This document shows, in pieces, positions 11,914-23,780 of a stretch of 64,000 nt of DNA. How positions within the stretch are numbered: the stretch's first letter is position 1; the number at the start of each line of letters is the position of its first letter. The DNA comes from Octopus vulgaris (taxonomy: Eukaryota): contig OX597826.1 of the NCBI GenBank assembly GCA_951406725.2, forward strand, positions 558,001-622,000, written 5' to 3'. The position numbers and the translations under genes were made by a program. The notes under the pieces were generated by a model that did no database searches, had not been told where the DNA came from, and saw only the letters and a program-made list of their open reading frames with translations.

Positions 11914-12350
11914 AGACACAGGAGAGGCTATGTGGTTAGAAGTGTGCTTCTAAACCACATGATTCCGGGTTCAGTCCCACTGTGCGGGACCTTGGGCCTT
12001 CTAAAGCTCTATAGTATCTTCCTCTATAGCCAAAGCTTTGTGAGTGGATTTGGTAGACGGGAATCGAAAGAAGCCCGTGATGTAAATATATATGTGTGTG
12101 TATGTGAGTTTATATGTATGTGTGTTTGTGTGACTGCGTGTGCGTGCGTGCGCGTGTGTTATGTGTCTGTGCCTTTTGTGTCTGTGTCCCCCAACATCGC
12201 CTGAAAACCAGTGTTGGTTGGTTTACGTCTCCGTAGCTTAGCGGTTCGGCAAAAGAACGATAGAACAAGTACCAGGCTTTAAAAAATAAGAAGTACACGG
12301 TTCGATTAGATCGAATGACCCCTTTAGGGTGGTACTCCAGCACGACCGCA
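11914..12350 (+). mobile_element. SINE family A, near full length
   Basis: GGCTATGTGGT (A-box-like), GGTTCAGTCCC (B-box-like), internal (TG)n and family 3' block. Confidence 0.88.
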
Positions 12351-12543
12351 TACAGTTTTATATTTAACAGATGAGGAATTATGTACATTATTTATATTCG
12401 ACGGATATTTGTCCTCATCTTGTTTGTTGTTAACACAACGTTTCGGTTGATATACCCTCCAGCCTTCTTCAGATGCCTTGGGGAAATTTTTAACCTGGGT
12501 TCTCATACCTAAAATATTTTTCGATGTTGTTGTTGTTGTTGTT

Positions 12544-12619
<76 letters not shown>

Positions 12620-12692
12620 TCTGCCTGGAATCGAACCGGAATCGAACTCGGAATCTTGGGGTTACTAGTCCGCGCTCTTAACCACTACGCCA
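12351..12692 (-). mobile_element. tRNA-headed SINE-like element with (TAA)n linker and hammerhead-containing body
   Basis: A box TGGCGTAGTGG (12682-12692), duplicated B box G.TTCGATTCC (12627-12649), (TAA)n/(CAA)n, then a body homologous to 48150-48300. Confidence 0.75.
12433..12476 (-). ncRNA. Minimal type I hammerhead ribozyme motif
   Basis: Minus: GCAT-CTGAAGA-A-GGCTG(10 nt)CAACC-GAAA-CGT-T-GTGT. Confidence 0.65.
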
Positions 12693-12707
12693 TAATGTAA
12701 GGCATTA

Positions 12708-12921
12708 GTTTCAAATTTTGACACAAGGCCAGCAATATCGGGAGAGGGTGTAAGTCGGTAACATCGACTCCAGTACTCAAATAGTACTTATTTTATCGAC
12801 CCCGAAAATATGAAAGGCAAAGTCGTCCTCGAGGGAATTCGAACTCAGAACGTAAAGCTGGACAAAATGCTACTAAGCCTTTTTTTCCCCGGTGCGTTAA
12901 CGATGCTGCCAGCTCACTGCC
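12708..12921 (-). mobile_element. SINE family B
   Basis: Family B core TTTATCGACCCCGAAAATATGAAAGGCAAAGTCG. Confidence 0.85.
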
Positions 12922-13119
12922 TTAAACCTTTTAGCATTCAACCGGTGAGATCAAACCCAAATGTTCTCCCTGTTTATGTTCAAACTGGTCAGATCCGGAT
13001 TCTCCGAAAATGTCATTCTAAATCATAAACAATCACATAGAAATCTTGAAGCTATGAGATAATGCACGACGAATTCAAAGCACTGGAAATAATGAGTAAC
13101 CTGAATGTGGAAAGGTTAA
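12922..13119. mobile_element. piggyBac-like MITE
   Basis: TTAA at both ends, with imperfect TIR ACCTTTTAGCATTCA / TGAATGTGGAAAGGT. Confidence 0.6.
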
Positions 13120-13784
13120 AAATGTGAAAATATTATGATGGCTTACATCAGAGCAGCTTAGCTTGTGTGTATATGTCTGTGTATACGTGTGTGTGTATGT
13201 GTGAGAGAGAGAGAGAGAGAGTATACGAATGTATACGTGTCTGCATGTACGTACATGTGTGTGTCCCTATGTGAATGTGAATGTGTATATATATGTGCGT
13301 GTATGTATGTGTGGAGGGTTGAGGGTGCGTGCGCATATTACTTATGCGCTTGCATGCGTGAGAAGTAAACATTAATGTGATATAAATAATTGAAACATCC
13401 TGTCCTTAATCTTGCATTTCGTTTTTCCTTCTTTTTTTAATCAAATGTCACATGACCTGCCTGAATTTAACCTACATCTGATTTTCGGAGAGTTGACCTC
13501 ATTTCCGTGTGCGTCAATCAAAACTCGCGCGCACGCACACAGACACATACACACATGTATACACACACACACACACACACACAAACACACATGCGTACAA
13601 ACATACACACACGCACACGCATACACATACATACAAACACACACACACACACACGTACGCACCTTGTGATCTCAAATTCCTGATGGATCTCAAGGCTGCG
13701 TCATAATGTAAGTCTTTTCCCTCCTCATTTCTGACCCTATGTGAATACCTCCAAGGAGGAGGGGGAGGAGAAGGATGGGGGGAG

Positions 13785-13890
13785 GTGAGGAGGAGGAAGA
13801 GGAGAAGAAGAAGAAGAAGAAGAAGAAGAAGAAGAAGAAGAAGAAGAAGAAGAAGAAGAAGAAGAAGAAGAAGAAGAAGAAGAAGAAGAA
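13785..13890. repeat. (GAA)n polypurine microsatellite
   Basis: Direct read. Confidence 0.98.
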
Positions 13891-14150
13891 ATAATTTTCC
13901 CTTTCCTTGCTTTAGTAGTGGCCAAGTACATTTTCTGTTGACAGACCTCTTGGAATTAAAAATAAAATTCATTTCGACAGGAATTCAACATAAGGGGTAT
14001 AGAACGGATATTCATGTTCGATAGAATAAGTGCCATACTTAAAAAGGAGGAGTACTTGAGTCGATTTCTTCGACTAAAACCTTTTTAGGCATTACCTCCA
14101 GTATGGCCGCACTCTAATGACTGAAACAAATAAAAGATAAAAGATGTAAG

Positions 14151-14207
<57 letters not shown>

Positions 14208-14213
14208 AATATG

Positions 14214-14250
<37 letters not shown>

Positions 14251-14651
14251 TATTATAAAAGGCAGATTTTATCTGCCTCCCTTTGTCAGTTATAGAAATC
14301 TACAATATAGGATTTCTTCAATTACAATTTACTTAGCATTTTTAAGAGTAGAATGCATCGGGTTTTGCCAGGTCCACTTTTTAAAATTTAAACTCCAATT
14401 AAGCAAAATTTACAGAAAACTCACATTCTGGTGTGTATGTCAAATGCTTTTCTTAATGTGGTTTACACCACACACACACGCACACACACAGTGTGCAACG
14501 AATAAAATGAAAGTAATTCACCTTTTGTAGTGAGTGACTCTTTCAGTCTGCCACTTCCTCTTTACACACATAGACACGCAAATATATAAATAAAATTGTA
14601 AGCTAACGTGCGTGTGTGTGAGTGTGTGTGTGCGTGTGTGTGTGTGTGAAG

Positions 14652-14686
<35 letters not shown>

Positions 14687-15200
14687 CGTGTGCGTGAGTG
14701 TGTGACAGGAAAGTTTTTTAGGACGAATATAAGACCTATATCGGCGATGTTTCGCTTGTCGTAGCACAGGTTTCCGTCGATTTCCGTAAAAAACTTTTAT
14801 TTTTTTACATAAGTAATGAGAGCGAAAGAGACTAAGAGAAAGCGATTGTATGACGAGGGGAGTTCTTTTGAAGTTACCGTGCATGGGACGCATTGATGTA
14901 CATGTGTGTGTGTGTGTGTGTTTGATGGAGTGTGGGAGACAGACAGTATGTTGTGTAAGTGAAGTGCTTCTGTTAGTGTGTGCGAAGAGACAGAGAGAGT
15001 AATGTGTGAAAGAGAGAGATAACTAAATTTTTTTACTCGGTGTATGTGTATATGTATGTATGCATGTATGTGTGTGTGTGTGTATGTATGTGTGTGTGTA
15101 TGTATGTATGTATGGCCGATTCAGTGTTTACATTTTTTACGGAAATCGACGGAAACGTGTGCTACAAGCGAAACATCGCCCCTATATCCAAGTAGCAGAA

Positions 15201-15669
15201 AGATCGCCCAAAAGTGTATATAGATATTTAAATGTATTTATATATTCATCTATACACAGATGTATGTATAATGTGTGTGTATATATTTCCATACACGTAA
15301 CCATTCACTCCGCACAAAGTTTTTTAGGACGAAAATAAGATCTAAAGTTATCTCTAAGTAGCACAGAGATCGCCCAAAAGTGTATATAGGTATATAAATG
15401 TATTTATATATTCATCTATGCACACATGTATGTATAACGTGTGTGTATATATTTCCATAGAGGTAACCATTCACTCCATACAAAGTTTTTTAGCACGAAA
15501 ATAAGATCTAAAGTTATCTCTAAGAAACAGAAAGATCGCCCAAAAGTGTATATAGATATTTAAATGTATTTATATATTCATCTATACACACATGTATGTA
15601 TAATGTGCGTGTATATATTTCCATAGAGGTAACCATTCAATCCATACAAAGTTTTTTAGGACGAAAATA
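15201..15669. repeat. Tandem ~166-bp unit x3 inside the Helitron
   Basis: AGATCGCCCAAAAGTGTATATAG at 15201, 15368 and 15533. Confidence 0.95.
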
Positions 15670-15904
15670 TTTATATTTAAAAGAAAGGTTGTGTGTCTGT
15701 CTACTCCGATTTAGATTCCTAACTACTCCCACATTTTGCGATGCAGTTTAACCAAAACCGGGTATCTTATAGTCGTGATTCATATCGAGCCCTTCTGGGT
15801 ATTAGCGCGCGTCTACGATGAGTCTATGATTTTACAAATAATTTACCATCATTTTTTTCCATTTTAATGCATATTTTTTAAAATAAACGGAAGTAACTCT
15901 CAAA

Positions 15905-16410
15905 CTTCACACCAATATGCGTGCTCATATGCGACGTAATATCACATCAGCAGCATTTCCTCACACCCTCCTTGCACTTGGCGAAGGCAAAATACCAGGG
16001 GATGAAAATGGTAATATTGCCATCGATTCCATTTGTACCATTGTTAAGACGCCTTCTGATCTCAGAGATGCAGTGTTCCCAGATCTACAAGCTAATTATC
16101 AGAATATGGATTGGATTGGCAAAAAGGCTATACTGGCCCCGAGGAATAAAAATGTTCACCATATTAATGATGAAATGCTAAAACTCATTCCTGGGGAAGT
16201 CTATGTATATCAGTCTATCGATACAACTCCTGACCCAGAGGACGTCATCAACTATACAATAGAGGTACTCAATTCCTTTGAGCACCCCGGACTACCACCA
16301 CACTTTCTCAAACTTAAAGTTGGTGCCCCTATAATGCTCATCAGAAATTTGGTTCCCCCAAAACAATGCAATGGCACACGTTTGATCGTTAAGTCCTTAT
16401 CTCCCACCGT
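15905..16410 (+). pseudogene. Helitron Pif1-family helicase, C-terminal fragment
   Basis: NMRAH...KAILAPRNKNV..IN...GLPPHFLKLKVGAPIMLIRNL.PPKQCNGTRL. Confidence 0.93.
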
Positions 16411-16530
16411 AAGCTTATATCAATATTTGCCTGAATAATCATCATAATTCAGTGCAATCATTAACAGTACTTTCAAGCAATTCAGCCCCGAGCAACGCCG
16501 GGCAATTCTGCTAGTATATATATATATATA

Positions 16531-17740
16531 TCTTATGATCTTATGATAAAAGGCAGATTTTCTCTGCCTGTTACCATGTTCGTTTTTAATACAATTCTAC
16601 AATATAGAATTTCTTCAATTGGAATTTACCTATGATTTTTCAAAGTAGATTCCATTGGGTCATGGCATATCAATCTTTTTCAATTTGACCCCCAATTAAG
16701 CAAAAATTCGATAAAACTCAATATTTTACGATTTGCCTCTCTCATTTCAAGTGCTTCACTCCTTCCATTACCACACTTTCTCCGACTTTCTCTTTGCAAG
16801 TGTGAAACTATTAAAGTGAAAGTATTATATAACAGGGATGAGCCATTAATAGTGGTCATCCTTTTTGCTAGAAGAAGATCCGCTATGGTCTTATATGCTA
16901 CACCACTGGTTTTCAATTCATATTAATCAAATTAATATTCAATTTTTCACCCTTATTATGTTTGTGTGTGTGTATGTGTATTAGCAATTCGTATAAAATT
17001 GCATCAATGACTTGAACTTGAATAAGTGGTTTCACATAAATGGGGATAAATTAAAAAGGTTTGTTGTTATTATTATTACTGTTTGACTATTGTAATCACG
17101 TTTGTTGGTTCCTCGCCAGGAAAACGTTGTTGTGTTGCATTTGTTAAAAACATTGTCCCCTTCAGCGCCAAGCTCAACTGCTCTATCCTGACATGGAGGG
17201 TATCAGCAATGAAATCTATAACAAAACACTCATTGACATTGACGACAGAATTGCTAAACTGGGTGGAAATGAATTGTTGACGTATGGCCTGCCACAAGCA
17301 TTCAGGTCAGGGTCAAATAGCCTTCCTACTGCTGTCATTCGTGAAACAACCTACGACACTCAAGAGCTTTCAAAGTACATTGTTGAAAATGAACCTAAAT
17401 TACTTCCGGACCAGCTGCAGGCCTACAGAACTATTCTTAACAGTGTACGCCAACGCGAGGGACGAATCTTCTTCCTCGATGCTCCTGGAGGGACAGGAAA
17501 AACATTTATTACAAAGCTTCTCCTTGCAGAAGTTAGGTAGCATCAGGACATTGCAGTAGCTGTAGCCTCCTCTGGCATTGCAGCTACTTTGTTACCCGGT
17601 GGCAGGACAGCACACTCAACTTTTAAACTCCCTCTCAATTTAGCAGCATCCGAAATGCCTTCATGTTACATCAACAAAAGCTCAGATCAGGGACAAGAAC
17701 TTAAAATGTGTTATGTAATTGTCTGGGATGAGTGCACTTG
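16531..17740 (+). mobile_element. Second Helitron, 3' end lost
   Basis: 5' end TCTTATGA..ATAAAAGGCAGATTTT.TCTGCCT is homologous to 14248, and it carries a helicase fragment. Confidence 0.8.
17190..17738 (+). pseudogene. Helitron Pif1-family helicase, N-terminal fragment (Walker A to Walker B)
   Basis: FFLDAPGGTGKTF, an in-frame stop, AVASSGIAATLLPGGRTAHSTFKLPL, VIVWDECT. Confidence 0.93.
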
Positions 17741-17864
17741 CAAATTGTGATAGGCCATTGTTCAGAACAGAGCACCTGCAACTTGTGGAAGGGTGTGCCT
17801 TTCAGTTGGAGGAATGAAAAGGCATGTCAAAAGAATTTATACTGTAGCCCTGTTTTCTATGCCA

Positions 17865-17963
17865 GCCCGCATATGAGTGTGCATTGTGTCTTTCAGGGCT
17901 CTATCTAATGCTTCCAAAGCTCCTTTGTGAGCCATAGTGCACTCATCCCAGAAAATTACAGTC
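17865..17963 (-). pseudogene. Inverted Helitron helicase fragment
   Basis: Minus translation TVIFWDECTMAHKGALEALDRALKD. Confidence 0.85.
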
Positions 17964-18369
17964 ATAAATACATACATACATACATACATAAACAGCCGCC
18001 ATAAACAACAGAAACACGAGCCGAGAAACACTCGTGATATAAGATGTACAAATGCGAGAGTATGTAATCCTCAAGCTAAATGATAACAAAACGTCGATAG
18101 GAAGAGTAGACTATTCTGGGTTTGTGCTAGATGCGTTCTAACTCTTCTAGAACGACAAGCCTTCGCTATCCAAGCATAGGTGATAGCTACTAATTATCTG
18201 TTCAATAAAATTGATAAGGATGATGCCAAACCTTGTTACCAGTTTGGAAGATATCTGCATAATCAGCAGTTGTCTAGAAATCTCTGCAAGTTACATCTTT
18301 CCCTGGGGCATGGTAATATTGCCAAAACTATTTAAAGTGTTGTTCGTAGGAAGAATTGCCTTAGCGATC

Positions 18370-18760
18370 ATACAAAGCACTTAAAAAGCACCTTTAAAAC
18401 TAAGTAGAGTAATCCTTCCACTATCGCGGGTGTTGCGTTCCAAAACCTGCCACAGAAAGAATTAAAATCTAAGCAATATAAATGCGTATCGGCCGCTGAT
18501 TCCCGGATATATTGAAGAGTCCGCGATATAAATTTACGTATATTAGCCAAAAAAATCCGCGATGTACTGAGTGCACAATAGGTGGACCGTTTTGTACTGA
18601 GTGTACGAGAACAGCGATATGGCGAGTAATTACTGTAATACTTGTGAAGCATTCTAATAAGAACAGCAACCCCGTGTGTAAATAACAGGTTCGGTATTGT
18701 TCTATATGATAGGGAAGTGAGGGCATGCTCCGTTGAAGAAGATAACTGCCCAACGGATAT
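18370..18760 (-). mobile_element. Possible highly decayed LINE RT C-terminus
   Basis: Weak motifs (LHKYYS, NSFCGRFWNATP...LFKCF) in ORF 18368-18775. Confidence 0.3.
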
Positions 18761-19092
18761 CTTGTCTAAAGCCATCTATGGTGAACTAACGCGTATTTTA
18801 CAGTCCTTGTCCATATTTGGTGAATCAATTAGAAACGCTTATCCAAATTATTGTTTCTATTCTATACTCTTCAATAATAGGAGCACTTGGCTATGTAACA
18901 ATGATGGAGGGGTTTCAAAATATGAACAAGGGAAATTGACTAACATCTTCCAAATTCGATCGATGAATAATAAAGTGGACGTTTGTAAAGCATTCTACAA
19001 TATATCAGAGTATCCTGAAGTGGCTGTGCATGTATGTGTGGTATGTGTGTGTGTGTATGCGCGTGTGTATGTGTGTGCGTATGTGTGTGTGT

Positions 19093-19145
<53 letters not shown>

Positions 19146-19404
19146 CTGTGTGTGCGTGTATGGATGCAATCAGGTGCAAATTAGCGTACACACGCCCATG
19201 CATACATGAAAATAATCCCACACCCTAATGTATATAAGACATATATAACACCGATTGAATGAGTGCATATACATCAACAATGCTCCTACAGAAAGGCGAC
19301 TACTCACACACACATACACAATCATACATCAATATATGCTTTTATACATATATGTGTGTGTGTTTCTGCATGTGTGCGTGTGTGCATGTGTGTATACATA
19401 TACG

Positions 19405-19468
<64 letters not shown>

Positions 19469-19483
19469 ATATTTATACACACA

Positions 19484-20198
19484 CACAATAGAAGTAAATA
19501 AACACCCCATAAAATATTGTTTGTGTCTATTTTAAATTGTGAAGGTTTATACTTTTTATTAATTGACATTTTTATATTTCAGTTTCTATATGTCATGTAC
19601 AAAAGAAGCCTTGGAACTGTTCGAATTTCAAAGGGTCATTCTGAAGGTGGAAAACCTTGGGATCCCGCTTTCTACAGTTAATATAGAAATTGTGCAATTC
19701 GCCAGAGAGGGGAAGAAGTCCACATCACCTCGCCCAGATCAACCATGGTCCACTAACATAGCATAAGAGAAGTGTGGAAGATAATTCTCGTTGCAAGGCC
19801 TCTGACAGCATAACAAGCTGGTGTCAGTCCCAGAATAGCTGCCAGGTATCTCCACAAATTTGGTTACTATGACAGAGCAGCAAGAAGTAAGCCACTTCTT
19901 CGACCAGCCAACATCAAGCGGAGAAAAGATTGGGCCAGTGAAAATGTGGAGAGGCCACTGGCGTTTTGGGACGCCGTCATATTCTCTGATGAGTCCAGAT
20001 TTGAAGTATTTTTTGACAGTGGTCGAGTGTAGAGTTGGAGACTGTGATCAAGAATTTGATGTGAAAAGATTGCAGCCAACAATAAAAAACGGCAGCTATT
20101 CTGTGATGGTCTGGGGAGCAATTTGGAGCAGTGGATGTATTATTTCAGATTTAAATAAATTTTGATGATTATAAGGGTGTCTGTTTACTTCTGTCACG
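19484..20198 (+). mobile_element. Internally deleted Tc1 transposon
   Basis: TIRs AGAAGTAAATAAACACCC / GGGTGTCTGTTTACTTCT. Motifs VIFSDESRF and [18 protein letters not shown]. Confidence 0.88.
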
Positions 20199-20232
20199 TG
20201 TGTGTGTGCGAGTGAGTGTATATGTTTGTGTA

Positions 20233-20263
<31 letters not shown>

Positions 20264-20487
20264 TTTTATTCTTTAGCTTATTTCAGTCATTTGACTGCGG
20301 CCATGCTGGAGCACCGCCTTTAGTCGAGCAAATCGACCCCAGGACTTATTCTTTGTAAGCCTAGTACTTATTCTATCGATCTCTCTTGTCAAACCGCTAA
20401 GTTACGAGGACGTAAACACACCAGCATCGGTTGTAGGGGGGTCAAACACAGACACACAAACATACACACACACACACACATACACAC

Positions 20488-20533
<46 letters not shown>

Positions 20534-20759
20534 GTGTGTATGTGTGTGTGTGTGTGTATGTTTGTGTGTCTGTGTTTGACCCCCCCCTACAACCGATGCT
20601 GGTGTGTTTACGTCCTCGTAACTTAGCGGTTTGACAAGAGAGATCGATAGAATAAGTACTAGGCTTACAAAGAATAAGTCCTGGGGTCGATTTGCTCGAC
20701 TAAAGGCGGTGCTCCAGCATGGCCGCAGTCAAATGACTGAAATAAGCTAAAGAATAAAA

Positions 20760-20790
<31 letters not shown>

Positions 20791-21026
20791 TACACAAACA
20801 TATACACTCACTCGCACACACACACGTGACAGAAGTAAACAGACACCCTTATAATCATCAAAATTTATTTAAATCTGAAATAATACATCCACTGCTCCAA
20901 ATTGCTCCCCAGACCATCACAGAATAGCTGCCGTTTTTTATTGTTGGCTGCAATCTTTTCACATCAAATTCTTGATCACAGTCTCCAACTCTACACTCGA
21001 CCACTGTCAAAAAATACTTCAAATCT

Positions 21027-21029
<3 letters not shown>
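19994..21029. repeat. ~1036-bp near-perfect palindrome centred on (TA)n
   Basis: 20531-21029 is the reverse complement of 19994-20490. The only difference I saw is a G6 vs C8 homopolymer. Confidence 0.97.
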
Positions 21030-21086
<57 letters not shown>

Positions 21087-21250
21087 GACAGGCTTCTTCC
21101 AGTTTCCGTCTACCAAATCCATTCACAAGGCTTTGGTCGGCCCGAGGCTATAGCAGAAGATACTTGCCCAAGGTACCACGCAGTGGGACTGAACCAGGAA
21201 CATTGTGGTTGGTAAGCAAGCTACTTACCACACAGCCACTCTTACGCCTA
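20262..21250 (-). mobile_element. SINE family A interrupted in its internal (TA)n by the fold-back copy
   Basis: 3' half at 20262-20490, 5' half at 21085-21250. Confidence 0.88.
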
Positions 21251-21764
21251 TATTAACAACATAGAAATAAAGATTACTACGAAGTAGCGCTAGCACTATC
21301 TTTAATTCGATACATGTTTCAATTGCACCTATTAGTAATCGTTGCAATCGCAGTCCTACTGTAAAACGATGCAGTCTCTTCATGGTATTAATTTGATATC
21401 GTTGTATAATGTAGCTCTGTCCGTTAAGTCCGTTAATTTTCATTTGAACTATACGAGGTTTCAAAATGATGAACTGGAAATGAATATCCTGTAAGAAATA
21501 GAGATTGTTCGCGTCTGATTTAACGGTCCGCTCTACATTATACAACGCACAGTTTATAAAAGAAAATCATTAAATGGCCATACCGAACGATATCAAGTTA
21601 AGACCCCGAAGAGACAGCATCGTTTTACTGTAGGATTGTAATTGCATCGTTTACAAATTGGTGCAGCTGAAACATGTGTTGGTCTTAAAGGCGGTATATA
21701 ATTATCGAATTAAAGGTAATGGTATTACTACTTCGGAGTAATCCTTATTTTTATATGGTCAATA
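21251..21764. mobile_element. Fold-back MITE with ~150-180 bp diverged TIRs
   Basis: TCCTACTGTAAAACGATGCAGTCTCTTC pairs with GAAGAGACAGCATCGTTTTACTGTAGGA, and CTTTAATTCGATA with TATCGAATTAAAG. Inner IR at 21402-21430 / 21516-21545. Confidence 0.85.
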
Positions 21765-22675
21765 TTTATACTACAGGAAACCTATATGGTTAAGGAAATA
21801 TATTCAGAATAATCCAACGGAATATTCCTCTAATTCTTTATCTTATGAGAATTTTATTGGATTTATATCTTAACTGCTGAATAACATTCTGAATACCTAG
21901 CTGGAAGCCACCTGGTAATCGTTTTGGGATAATGCCTTACTTTTTACTGATATATATATACACACACTGATCCACACACATGCGCACAAACAAACAAAAA
22001 GGACCGCAGTGTGAGTAACGGACAGAGTCAAAACTATTGAAAAAGTTGTAAGGCGAAACGAAAATTTTAGAAAAATATAAAAGAAATAAGTAGAAATTTT
22101 ACCGGTGAGTATGTTAAACTATAAGGCATCAAAAGAGAATGATTCTCCCCAGACACAACAGTATATATATATATATAGTGGACTATTCAGTGATTGTAAT
22201 ATCAGCAAAAAAAAGTATTCCATCTGGTGAGAGATAAATATTATTTAATAAGCATAATATATGTTTTTTATGTGCTACTATTAAGTTCAAGCGATGAAAA
22301 CATGCCAGACAATATTTTTAACAAGTCTGGTGTCTCAGCGCAATCTTCAGGCACTGCGCACATGGCATAACAAGCTAAATAAAATGAGAGACATAAAATG
22401 AGAGACAAAACGATAAAAGGTGACAAAGAACTAGATATAAAAGGTGGAAGATTGGAAAACGGAATTGAATACAAAAGGGGGTAAAATTAGAGTTATTTCT
22501 CCTTAGACCGAAGAATAAAGGCTGAAAAGTTAGGGGCCTCGAGTATGCGGTACGGCTCTTCAATCTGGAGAGGATGGTATTTTCCAATTCGTCAACAGGA
22601 TCTTCGCCATATGCTTACAAACGCTGAAAATTTCGGGTCTAGAATTCAGCAGCATGTTATATATGTATATATATA

Positions 22676-23058
22676 GGCGAAGGAGTAGCTGCGTTGTAAG
22701 TAGCTTGCTTACCAACCACATAGTTCCGGGTTCAGTCCCACGGCGTAGCACCTTGGGCAAGTGTCTTCAACTATAACCTCGAACCGACCAAAGTAGATTG
22801 TGAGTAGATTTGGCGGACGGAAACTGAAAGAAACCCGACGTGTGTGTGTGTGTGTGTTCTTGTGTCTGTGTTTGTCCCTCACCATCGTTTGATAACCGAT
22901 GTTGTTATGTTTACGTCCCAGTAACTTAGCGGTTCGGCAAAAGAGACCGATAGGATAAGTTCTAGGCTTACAAAGAATAAGTTCTGGGCTTGATTTGTTC
23001 GAATAAATGCGGTGCTCCAGCATGGCCGCAATCTAGTGACTGAAACAAATAAAAGAAT
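22676..23058 (+). mobile_element. SINE family A, full length
   Basis: Head GGCGAAGGAGTAGCTGCGTTGTAAG through tail TGACTGAAACAAATAAAAGAATA. Confidence 0.92.
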
Positions 23059-23279
23059 ACACACACACAAACAATGATATGAGAGGTTTTGTATCCAAAA
23101 GACCCAAAATGGCAGGTAAGGCTATGTAAGTGTTACAGAAGGACCGTAGTAAGACTCCCAGTTCGATAATAGTGAGGAGTCTAATGCCGGTCGTATGTGA
23201 GCATGTATATGTTTAATAAAATGGGACAGTAAAGCCAAGGTAGTGTGAAATTTCTTGGACATTTATAAAGAGAATGGTA

Positions 23280-23327
23280 GTCTTACAGCTGTTTCAGGGA
23301 TATGAAGGATAGCCCATCATCAGAGAC
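23280..23327 (-). ncRNA. Minimal type I hammerhead motif
   Basis: Minus: GTCT-CTGATGA-T-GGGCTAT..ATATCCC-T-GAAA-CAGCTGT-A-AGAC, with palindrome ACAGCTGT. Confidence 0.7.
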
Positions 23328-23594
23328 GATATGAGAGAGTTAAATAGAGGGGAACATCAGAGTTTAATATAAGAAGTTATTTTGGTAAGGGATAGATACA
23401 GGAAGTACAAAGGTATATATGAGAATAAAAATGCACAACACTTTCCTTGGATAATGGAACTGCAACTGTAACATCCAGCAGATAAGTTCCTTTTTATTCC
23501 TATATTTCCCTTTATACTTCCTATATTTCTCCCTTCCCAAAATAACTTCTTATATTGAACTCTACTATTTCCTTCTATCTAACTCTCTCATATC

Positions 23595-23642
23595 GTCTCT
23601 GATGATGGGATATCTTTTACATCCCTGAAACAGTTGTAAGAC
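23595..23642 (+). ncRNA. Minimal type I hammerhead motif
   Basis: GTCT-CTGATGA-T-GGGAT(9 nt)ATCCC-T-GAAA-CAGTTGT-A-AGAC. Confidence 0.7.
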
Positions 23643-23717
23643 TACCTTTCTCTTTATAAATGTCCTACAAATTTCACACTGTTTTGGCTTTGTTGTCCTA
23701 TTTTATTTAACATATAT

Positions 23718-23774
<57 letters not shown>

Positions 23775-23780
<6 letters not shown>

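Larger units (their letters stand above)
14248..16514 (+). mobile_element. Non-autonomous Helitron with helicase remnant
   Basis: 5' A|TC in (TA)n. 3' hairpin CCCG-AGCAACGC-CGGG then CTAG|T (16511-16514). No TSD. Confidence 0.88.
23206..23715. mobile_element. Inverted pair of ~225-bp PLE-terminal-like repeats, each with a hammerhead
   Basis: Arms 23206-23431 and 23491-23715, roughly 80% identical by eye. Confidence 0.85.

Noticed and set aside
12615-12692. Functional tRNA gene
   Set aside because: The A and B boxes are present, but the B box is duplicated, no acceptor stem is evident and it runs into (TAA)n. Treated as a SINE head.
15917-17540. Host PIF1 helicase gene
   Set aside because: The pieces are intronless, out of order, contain a stop and lie within Helitron termini.
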